Shown: piece by piece, positions 53,923 to 64,000 of the stretch
Layout of the letters: each line of letters opens with the position of its first letter
How positions within the stretch are numbered: the first letter of the stretch is position 1
Source of the DNA: Vicugna vicugna
Taxonomy: Eukaryota
Direction of reading: 5' to 3'
Assembly: GCA_013265495.1 (NCBI GenBank)
Contig: MU058687.1
Coordinates: 2,978,001-3,042,000, forward strand
Length of the DNA: 64,000 bases
The notes under the pieces: generated by a model
Database searches by the model: none
Told to the model about the DNA's origin: nothing
The model's input: only the letters and a program-made list of their open reading frames with translations
Made by a program: the position numbers and the translations under genes

Positions 53923-54974
53923 TGACTGTGGCGAGCCCATGGTGACGTGCCCCGCTTGCAGGTGGGGGTGACAGGAAGACAGAGGGGGTCCTCAGGGGCG
54001 TAGCCCTGGACCACGTGGCAGAGGGAGGAGGGAGCCCAGAAAACATCCACCCACTGGGGCTCCAGCCACATTCCTAGAAGCCCCAGGTGTCTGAGGACAC
54101 GTCCCGAGGTGGCCAAGGTGGGGAAAGGGCCAGATGACAGAGAAAGGCTGAGCAGCACGGGTCCTGGCCTCCTGCCTTTAACCAGAGCAGCCCCCCTTCC
54201 ACCTGTTCTGTATCATAGATTGGGATTCTCCTAAAATTGTAAATTTTCACAGGTGAAACAAAAAAGTAAGTGTTAAAACAGTTCATAGGTGCTAACCTTG
54301 ACTTTGCAAACAAGGAAAGAGCCCCAGCAAGGTAAAGTGACTTTGCAGAGTCACTCCGCTGAGGATGGCAGAGCTAGGACCTAAGCCCAGGCCCCCTGAC
54401 TGTGCACTTGTGCCCCCCACCCCCACTACCATGTCACTTTGTCTTTTTTAACAAAGGAGGTCGAAGCATAAAGACATCCCCATTTTACAGATGAGGAAAC
54501 TGAAGCCCAGAAGTGAAATGGCTCCAGAGGTACAAGGATGAAACCAGAGTCCAAATCTCCTGAAAGCTAGTCCTATCTCCTCCCCAACCCTGCCCCCAAC
54601 CCTGTATCGCTTTCCCTTTCCTCACAAGGGACCATGTCAGGGAGAAGAATTGGATACAGGGGAAAGAGGCCTCGGCTGGTGGCCACACCCATCACAGCCA
54701 AGGCAGCGTCCTGTGCCTCCACTGTACACGTCTCTGCCAGAGTCATAGCTTCAGGGATCACTGGGGCAGCCTGAGAAAGTGGCTGCTAGAATCACCATCT
54801 CCCTTCAACCTCAGGGCCCAGATGGGATGAAAGAGCTCACAGGGCCCAGGGCAGGACAGGTGTACAGCCAGGTGTACATGTGGGAACTGGGCCTGGCTGA
54901 GGGGAATTGGCTGAGTGGATGGGCTCAGACTGGCTCCCAAAGCTCATCCCAGATTTTTCCCTTGGGCTACACAG

Positions 54975-55053
54975 AACCTGTCTGTCCTGAAGCAAGTGGG
55001 ACAGGAGAAGCAGCTGAGCTGGGCCCAGCAGGTCATCAGTTCTGGATTTAATG
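54975..55053 (+). CDS. GSTZ1: GSTZ1 exon 6
   Basis: 79 nt, [34 protein letters not shown]. Confidence 0.95.
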
Positions 55054-55619
55054 GTGAGTCCTTGCCCCTGCAAACTGCCCCATGGTGACCTCTCAGAGAA
55101 ATGGCCCTCACACCCAGGGCCCTGGGCATCTGCAACAGCCTCCCAGGCTCTTTGGTCTTGACAGTGGCATGGATGAGGGTGGGGGCAGGGCCGAGGAGGC
55201 AGTGGGATGGGCAGCATCCAAACCTGGCCTCAACCTCTGGCACTTCTGGGAACCTCAGTGACTGAGGCTCTTTGGAGCTGGATGGCCCAACCTCTGCTTC
55301 ACTGCCCACTCTAGCCATGGAGACAAGGCCAGCCAAGTGCCAGCCCAGCAGTGTGAGAGGTGCTGCCTTGGCCAGTGGCAGGTCTTGCCCCCTTGGGGGA
55401 GGGAATGGCAGCTGAACTTGAAGATTACAGGGAGGTATCATCTCATCCCCGTGTCCCGATCAACTCTCTCCAGATCTGATTGCCATGTTCCCTCCAGCAC
55501 ACACTCCAGCCTGGCACTCAGAGAGCTGCCCATGTCATAGCAATGGACACGAAGGCGCAGAAAGGCTGATCTCCCCTTTCTGTACCCAGAGTAAGAGTAT
55601 TCATGTCGCCTCCCCACAG

Positions 55620-55672
55620 CTCTGGAGCGGATCCTGCAGAGCACAGCGGGGAAGTACTGTGTGGGAGATGAG
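55620..55672 (+). CDS. GSTZ1: GSTZ1 exon 7
   Basis: 53 nt, (A)LERILQSTAGKYCVGDE; CAG/GTAAG. Confidence 0.95.
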
Positions 55673-56482
55673 GTAAGCCCTCCCCAGGCCTGCCCAGAGG
55701 GCCTCCTCCCTCAGGCTGACCTCCAGCTGTCACTGTCTTCTTCTTAGACTCAGCCACTTCCCTCCAGCCCAGGGCAGGCATGGCCCAGAGAGCTTCCTGA
55801 AAAGGCCTCTGCAGTGGAGGGGGTGGAGTCCAGGGACCCAAGGTCTCTCTAGATTAAGTAGAGGTTAGCTCGTGGGCAGCTCCTCAGCTCCTTCCTAGTC
55901 AGCTGCCTCAAGGGGGAGTGAGTTTCTCATTCCTAGAAGCATTCAAGCTGAAGACCTCATCTCTGAGATGAAGAGGTGGTCCAGCCATCAGATGAGGGAT
56001 TAAAATAGATGGTGTCTCCATTCCCTCCCAATGCTAAGATTCTAGGATTCAGGTGCCCTTGACTCCTATAGGCTAGGCCCTGGCCTGGTGGTAATTCTGG
56101 TTCCAGAGCCCCCCACACCCACACAGAGGCATCCCCCGCCCCCCCGCTGCTGGGAGCCCTCACTAAGTGCCTGTGGTTGTTTTTAACAAGGGCAGAACAT
56201 TTATTAAGGCGATCTCTGGCTCTCGCCCTATCCCACCATCAGGCCTTCTCTAGCTACCCGCAGAGTTGGTTGTCAGGGCAACAGAAGAGTGGCCTGAGAA
56301 GCGCGGCCTGAGAAGCACTTCAGCTCCGGGGACAGACCCAGACAGGCCCAGGGGAGATGAGGTGGGGGTGGGGTCGATGAGCCAAAAGCAGATGGGAACA
56401 CCCAGGCCAGCAGCCCAAGATTGTCACCAGTGTGAGTCTGGGGTGCACACCCTGACGCAGGCCCACCCGACTCTCTTTGCAG

Positions 56483-56532
56483 GTGTCCATGGCTGACCTG
56501 TGCTTAGTGCCTCAGGTGGCAAATGCTGACAG
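56483..56532 (+). CDS. GSTZ1: GSTZ1 exon 8
   Basis: 50 nt, VSMADLCLVPQVANAD(R); CAG/GTAAG. Confidence 0.95.
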
Positions 56533-57331
56533 GTAAGAGAGAGGCCCATGGCCTTCCTTTGTCCTCCTAGCTCCTCCCCTCAAAACACCCAGCTTCCTCC
56601 CACAGTCAGGCCCCCCACTTCATCTACTAAGGTAGCATCTCATGCAGAGACCCCTCCCAACCAGCCAGGGTGCCCCCTGTGCCAGGCCACACCAGCCAGT
56701 GTGGCCTGGAAGAGACTAGCAGAAGTCAGTGGAACGCCCCTTCCATGCTCACTGCAGCCCAGGTGATACTGCAGAGCCTCTTCTCCTGAGGGAAGGTGGC
56801 TCACCTGGTGGCCACCCCTAAAAGAAACCACCCCAAGAGCCTGCTGTCCCCCACGGTGGTGTGTCTGTGCCCGGCAGTGAGTGCTACCTCTGCTTTCCTC
56901 CATCAGCCCTTCAGTGAGACATGAATGACAGCCTCCCTGCGGAAGGCATTGTGCTAGGCGCCATTAGGGGTATGAACATACATCACACATTCCCTGCCCC
57001 CAAGAAGCTTATGACATGGATGGGGAGATAATCTGTATATGTAAATGCCCAGCACTGGGCCTTACAGATAGCAGGATCTGTAATAACCATGGCCTGGAAT
57101 AGAAACAGTAGGAAGCAGAGATGCCAGATGATACCACCCAAGATCTCCCACTTCCCAGAGAGCTGCCTGTGAACAAGGCCTCCCCACCTGGCAGGGCTGC
57201 CTTCACAGTCCTTTCCTGGCCAGCCCCAGAGACCTCATCCAGCTCTGCCTCTGTGCTTCCCCCACCACTCACAGGGCCATCTCCCTGCTCTTCTGCAGCC
57301 CTTGGCTTAGGTGGGTGTTTCTCTGTTGCAG

Positions 57332-57458
57332 GTACAAGGTGGATCTCACGCCCTATCCCACCATCAGCCGCATCAACAAGTCACTGCTGACCTTGGAGGC
57401 CTTCCAAGTGTCTCACCCCTGCCGGCAGCCGGATACACCCCCCGAGCTGAGGGCCTAG
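57332..57458 (+). CDS. GSTZ1: GSTZ1 exon 9 (with TAG stop)
   Basis: 127 nt, [41 protein letters not shown]; the 9 exons sum to 651 nt. Confidence 0.96.
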
Positions 57459-57863
57459 TTGTCAAACTGCGCCCTGCTGGTGCAGGGGCAGGGAGGGGGT
57501 GCAGGAGCGGAAGCTGGGTGGGCTGAATAGGCCTGGAAACAAGTGAGCCCTCCACTGGAGAGCCAGGAGACTTGAACTCCTAGCCCTTGAATTTGAACTA
57601 TAGCCCTGAATCTGCTTTCCCACCCAACCTTGCTCTGCCACAGCCCCCTCATCTGTCAAGTATGAGTGGGGTGGGGTGGGAGGATGCCCGGACGGGGGTA
57701 GGCAGGAACATTGCCTACTATCTGTGTCACGGGGCAGTCGTGAAGATGAAGTGAGTGCAGACAGAAATGTCTGGCAAGTTTCCCAGGGAGCCATAAGGAA
57801 GCACCTCTTCCCATCCCCTCGACTGTACCCAACTCCAAAGAATGCCCACTCTGAAATTTGATA

Positions 57864-57869
57864 ATTAAA
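57864..57869 (+). terminator. GSTZ1: Probable GSTZ1 polyadenylation signal (ATTAAA variant)
   Basis: ATTAAA about 400 nt after the stop, followed by GT-rich GGTTGTTCAGTT. Confidence 0.55.
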
Positions 57870-60800
57870 CTAAAGCCCATGCCTCCAGGTTGTTCAGTTA
57901 AGGCTGAGCTGGGTTCCAGAATATGAACACTCTTCCTAGCTGGAATCCCCCTGTGTCTGGAAGAGAGGGGAGGAAGTCAGCCAGCCACTTGCCCACCCTC
58001 TGGTTGGCCTGGGCCCTAGAACCTAAGGGCAAGGAAGAGAAATAATCCCAAAAGCCTGCCTGAGAGAATCAGCCAAGACTCAGAAGAGAACAGGTATGAG
58101 AATCAGGAAAGAAAGCATCCTTGACCATCTGCATTCCCTGGGCAAGGAATAGTAAGTACCTAAGTTCCACTGCAGCACTAAGGGGGTCATTGACCCTCTC
58201 AACCCAGTCCCTCATCTTCAGGAGCAGCACTCTCTGGACCAGCCCCAGGATTAGGTACTCAGGATAAATCCAGTCGTGGTTGGTCCTAGGAACTGGAGGC
58301 AGGCTCCTCTGTGGGCAGTGTGAACTGACCAGGCTGGCTTGGGAGACCAGCCAGGTGACAGTTTACCTTGGACTGCCCTGGATGGGAGCAAGTTCCCATG
58401 CCTGGCAGTGTTCAGCCAGAACCAGGGTCACCTCTTGGCAGAGGTATTGTAAGGAGACTGGGGCCCCTTCTGGGAGTGAAATAAGATGAATTTTCTGTCC
58501 CATACCTGAGGTTTCATTTCCCTGCATGGCTGAGTTTAAACAAGGAATGAAGATATATGTCTGGTTCAAATGGGAACCATATTCCTCAGCCATGAGTCCC
58601 TTTTCTCTAGCCCCAGTCCCAGAGCATTCAGTTCTCCCCTCTCATCCTTGGCACATGGGCTCCTCTGTGGCCTCTCCTCCTCTCTTAGAGGACCTAGGTT
58701 CCAGGCTCTAGAAAGACCAAAGTGGGCCACTGTTGTTCCCTAGGCGGCCGAGCCGGAGAGAAGCACAGGATGGTAGAGGAGACGCAGCAGTGGTGAGGGA
58801 GACCGTGGGGCCTCCTGTCCTGCCCTGCTGCCATCTGGACCCTTTCCTCAGATTACTCCAGACGTGTCAGGCTGCATAGGGCTCACCTGGGTTTTCTCCA
58901 AGAGACCTTTACTTGAGATAAGAGACCAATCTCTTTAGCTCAGGGATCAGTAACGGTCACCTGACTTGGACTTTTGAAATTGAAGGTGATTAAAGATCCT
59001 GTGGATTTTAAAGAGTGAATGAACACAGGAGGAAGGAGGGCAGCCCCCTACTTCAGGCCATGCTCCTACACCTCCCAGGTAGTGTGCTCCCCGGCCCTAG
59101 AGGGACAGTGGGATCAGCGGGCAGCAGCAGGCAAGCTGCAGGGGCTAGGTTTGGCCAGATGGGGGTGCTGCCACCACTTTCCCAGTTAAGGAGGCAGCTG
59201 GCTCTGCCTCTCACCAACAGGTGCCTTTGGGAGCCCAAATAATCCAAAATGATTTCCAGCACTGCTGAGGTTACTAGGTCCCCCCACCCCTTCCTCCTCT
59301 CAATCTCGTTTCCAGGCAACAGAGAAGCCCAAGAGACTTCTGGGAGGTGAGGGCACTAGATAGACTCCACATCTAGGACAAGGAACATGTGCCTAGGTAA
59401 CCTGAGACCACTCCCCAGCCCTGAATGATTCTGCAGGGAACTAGGTGTAATGAGGGGGTGAACGGGGCTTCTTCCTAGAAGGAAACTATCCGGTGGCTGT
59501 CCTGCTCCAGCCGGTGGTGGGTTTCCCACTTCCCTCCACACTGTCCGCCAGCCTGCGGCGAGCCCTCCCAGGGGACTCCCATGGGCTGGCAGCTGGGGTG
59601 TGGCTGTGTGACTGGGGATATGGCAGACGTGGCCCCTACTCTTACTGAGTTTGTGTCCCTCCACTTATTCCTGGAAATTCACCTGGCCGTCTCGAACTCC
59701 ACCACTCAACATCGTGGGTCTGTTGCCTCTCTGCTTGTCTGTCTGATCCGAGATGATGTCCAAGAGTTGACACGATTCAAGTCTCCTCCTGAACAGTATC
59801 CAAATATTAACGTGTCTAACCTGGGGCTCCACCAGCCATCCTAAAAGTGGGAGCAAAAGCTGAATGGATTTTAGCCTCATCTAATGCAGAAAGTCATTTT
59901 AATATTTTTCTCATAGTTCCAGTCCTCTAGTTCAACAGTTTTCTGATACGTGTCAAATGTGAGGTGAAAACCAGCTTGGGGTGGGGGGTAGGGTACAGAG
60001 ACAAACGCTGTGGCTTTTCCTCAGGGCTCAGCAGTCACCCTCGGAGTCTGTGACATTTCTAAGGCCCTCCTTTGTCATCTGGTTTCCCCCAAACCCTGAG
60101 AAACCTGCCCTTCCCAACAAAAGCAGATGTGTCTAAGCCAGAGAAACTCACTCCAGGCTCCTTTGAGGTGACTCGCCTTGAAAGTGCTGGGTTCTTCAAG
60201 CACCCTCACATCCACTCCCTGAGCCACCCTGAGCTGTGGCTGACTAACCTCTGTGGTTCTCAGTTGCCCTGGCTGGAGGAGAATTGTAGCCCATCTCCTT
60301 GTCTCAAGATGTTTTTGTGAAGATTTTTGCTTTTTAAAGCTAGACCCTAGGCCATAGGAGCTCTCCACACAGTCTGTAGCAACATAAGCTGGTCTCCAGG
60401 CTGGGGCTGGGAACCATCCTTGCCACCTTCTTCACCTGGAACCAAGGAGAGGACCAACCCAGGACCAGCTCAGCTCTCAAGGGCCTGGAGTCTCCTCTCG
60501 GCTTCTGGGACCGAGGCAGTAGAGGTGGGGGGAACTGAGGATATGGAATGGGGAGGGCAGCAGAGAGAAGGCAGGCCCTGGGGAGCCACAGCTCAGGATC
60601 AGCTGAGGGAAGGAAAAGGAGTGTGTGTGTTGGCGGCAGGGGGTGGGGCAGGTGGTGTCAGTGGGTTCAGGAAGGACTATGGCCTCACTGAATAACCACA
60701 ACTTGTAAGAGAGGAGAGCAGTCTGTGGGTCTCTAGGCCTGTGGTTTCACATCAGAGAGGCTATCGTGTGTTCCAGCCCTGAGCCTCCATGGAGTCCAGG

Positions 60801-62719
60801 TCACCAACATGGGCAGCTGTCCTGCTGCTCAGGAATGTGGAGACCTGAGAGCTGGCCGGCTTCAGCCCCTCCCCAGAGAGAACCGTCCTCTGGGGACATG
60901 GGGCCGGATACATGGGAGAGAAAAGAAGCCTCTTCTCTATTCCCAGAGGAGCTTAGCTGGGCTCTAGAGAGGAAGAGAATGCAGCATTTCTACATCTTCT
61001 TCCCTGAGAGCAGAGCTCCCTCAGGCTCCTCTGGGGCTTCACTCCTGACCTGCCTCTGTTGCCCCAGTACCAAGCAGGGTGACTAGCCCTGCTCCATAAA
61101 TGCATGTTAAATCGAAAGTTGTCCTTCCTGTACAGCCGTAGCTGACTTACCCTCTCCCTCCTTGAATGTCTCTCTCCTCTTCTGGGGACCTTGGAAGATC
61201 ATGAAGGAGCAAATATTCCCCCAAGTGCATAAAGTTTTCTCTAGAGGTCAGACTAATGGCTTAGAGGCTTAGCAATAATTAAGCTTCTATAAAGGGTTTT
61301 GAAAACTACTCCCTCTGTGACTCCCTCAAACCTGCAAATAAATTCTTACTTTTAGGGGTCAGGTGTATCTCCCAAGCCAAAAACCATCACCTGTTCAGGG
61401 GGTATTTTCCAGGAGGGGTTTCTCCCCAAAGGCTGAGCGAAAGGTAAAAGTCAAGGCCTTCTTCACTGCAACATCAGTTGTTAGATCTGTGAAGAACAAT
61501 TTGCAGACACCTGATCCTGAGATGCTAGGGGCCACAGAGACACCCGATCTTCCCACAGTGGGAGTGGCCACAGCGGATGAAGAACAGATATTGGAGCGGC
61601 CTGATGCTGGTAATAGGATGTGGAGGACCTTCCGATTCTGTGGAAGTAGTCAGGCCTGGCAAATACTTTAGAAGGATGAAAGCAGGAAGGGGGTGCTGCC
61701 AGGAAGTATCTTTGAGAACAAAGCAAAATATGTATGACTTTGTTCGAAAGCAATTTTACAAAACTGTTACGGAGAGTAGTAAACTTACTGGACAAGCAGT
61801 GGGATATACATATTCATAAGTATTCATTCTATGGGCCCCTCCTAACGTTTAAACATAATTCATCTAGCTCTTAAATCCAAGGTCATAAGCAGGCATCATC
61901 CCACTTTGGGAGAATATCTGAACTAGGATGGCTGCCGAGTGTGGCCAGAACCTCACGGGTTAAAGGACATCAGGCTGAGTGTCAGGAGCTGCAGTGTGTG
62001 AGCGGCACACATTTATATGATCCTGAACTATGTCAGGGTCAGTGATGTGACAGATATGAGTGTCTCTGAAAATTAGAAAATAATCTCCAATATGTTACAT
62101 GTTAGTGACACTCCAGGCAGCGTACTGAAACACACAACTGATTAATCCCTCGCTATGTGCAGTCTGCCTGGGCTTTTCACTGTTCCTTGTGGTGTAGTTT
62201 GTGGGAAGATTATATTCATTTAACTCCTAAGTAGTTCAGATCTCTTCCTCCTTTATATATAAGCCTCTAAAATATGTTGCACAGGAAAGCAGAGAAAGAT
62301 CTAACAGGCTCATCTTAGGACCACAGATATCACTGAAAAAGATACTTAAATGATGCCCCTCTCTGCTCAGATGTGAGTCCTTCCCATTCTGTAATAGGTA
62401 CCAGAATGTGCAGAAGCATCATTTTAAGAGATTCCAAAGATATCTTACGGTGTCATTTCTGTAAATGAAATTAGGCTGAATTAATATTACTCAGACTATG
62501 TTAAATGATCACCGTGGTGTCCAGAGTACTGATTCCATATTTGAACAGAGTAAGTCAGTCCACTGGAAAAATGAACATCCCTGAGGACCAAATACTGACA
62601 AAACTCAATAATGTTCTTTTTAGTAATCATCACTCTTAACCCAGTTTTTCTGCTCTTGGGCCAAACCCAGATCCCAGTTCATACTCTGCCATAAATTTAA
62701 ATGCAGATGAAAGATCTAT

Positions 62720-64000
62720 CATTAATCTCATTCTCAATATTTTATTAAGTTTTATTATAATAAGAAATTATAAAGTAATTCATATAGATTTAAAGCATAC
62801 TTTTCCTCTAAAGATGCAGAAGAGGGATGAATAGAAAATTTAAAGTGAAAGTCAGGTTCATTAAGATATAATGCAAATGCCTCAGGTGCATAGTGAAAAA
62901 GTTTATTTATGACAGATTTCAAAACCTGGAAGAGAAGACAAAGAATGCACAAGAGCATCACAAAACTGTTACATAATATAAAAACACAAGAACTGAGCTA
63001 TTTCAAGAACCATAGCTCAGGATCATCTGTGTATCACAGCAACACATTCAGTGCCACAGGCTGGTAAAATATGGTATTTTAAAGGAAAAACCACTCAGCA
63101 GGACATAACAAATAACAATTTGGTTTACAGCTCTTAGAAATCATACGAGATGCTGACAGCATTTCTCTTGATAGGGAATATGTAAAATAAGTTGACTGCA
63201 ATAAATGATTGGTTGGGATAATTTGTATTTTAAATAGAAAAGACTGTGACACCGTTTCCCTTCCAGACCCCTTTTGGTAATGTCAGCATCAGTGCATGAT
63301 ATAGAACAATAAGGAAAGAACGCCTTTGTGGTTGCCAATTGCTTAAATATTGACCAAGAAAGCGTGATCATCTTTCAGTCAACTGACAGATCTCAGTGCA
63401 TGGCACCAAAGCAGGCCTTTCAGAAACATAAGATAAACAGTATAAGGTAGTTTAGGAAAGCTTCAAGCACCTCCTCTATTCCGATTACCTTTACCCAAAG
63501 TCTGGCTTTCTTATAGTCCACCATTTTCTTATAATCCATCCAACAAAACAGTTTTCTTTTGTGAATTTCAAAGCACTTCCCATTATTAAGAGAAATGAGC
63601 AAACTGGAGTCATGAGTTACTGAATTGCTTTCTCCAGACTTTACTTGCTCTTGACCATAGCTAAATAGAAATAGTTCAACTTGATTAAATAAAAACAAAT
63701 TCATTTATGGGACAATAATCTCAGAAAGGGATGTCAGTGGAGCTTTCAATACAAAATTCCTTAGTAAAATGTACCACTTAGGACATGAGTGAAGGAATTA
63801 GGATAATGTTTTCCAGGTGATTCTTGCCTGAACCTAAAAACCAACAATAACAATCAATCTCAGGTAACATTACAGACAAGGCATTTCAAACCTGAGTCAG
63901 GAAACGAGTTGAGTTAAGGGCTCTTCTGTAATCCCATATACTATAATATTTCAAACCAAAACTTTACAATTGTTTATGACCCTATATCAGAAATTTTAGG
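62720..64000 (-). other. Probable distal 3' UTR of the next convergent gene (TMED8 by synteny)
   Basis: AT-rich, repeat-poor, tandem minus-strand AATAAA at 62741-62746 and 62751-62756; gene identity only from recalled NGB-POMT2-GSTZ1-TMED8 order. Confidence 0.35.

Noticed and set aside
59581..59844. 87-aa ATG ORF with nearby kB-like and STAT-like motifs downstream of GSTZ1
   Set aside because: No homology or splice structure; short motifs at chance frequency

Overview
Mammalian genomic DNA, the NGB-POMT2-GSTZ1 locus. An L1 3' tail of the type I recall from camelids, and the absence of any Alu/B1/BovA/PRE1/CanSINE that I could recognise, point tentatively to a camelid. Minus strand: neuroglobin (NGB) coding exons 1-3 (exon 4 lies off the left edge) and the complete 21-exon POMT2 gene (spliced CDS 2253 nt = 750 aa + stop, all GT-AG). 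Plus strand: the complete 9-exon GSTZ1 gene (651 nt = 216 aa + stop), head-to-head with POMT2 on a shared CpG-island promoter. The AT-rich right end is probably the TMED8 3' UTR (synteny only). Introns hold MIR, L2, L1 and hAT relics. Best oddities: (1) a decayed provirus in POMT2 intron 1 pairing ERV-L-type pol remnants with a gamma-type env remnant; (2) a chimeric L1-5'UTR/LTR/poly(A) retroposed insert in POMT2 intron 8; (3) an open 70-codon N-terminal extension of POMT2; (4) an alternative in-frame GSTZ1 first exon; (5) a strong-Kozak uORF and a 10-bp minisatellite upstream of NGB; (6) POMT2 substitutions relative to human as recalled (R551W, loss of the N583 sequon). I see no evidence of a wholly new multi-gene system. 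Gene and repeat identities come from recognition and recall, not database searches; repeat boundaries are approximate.
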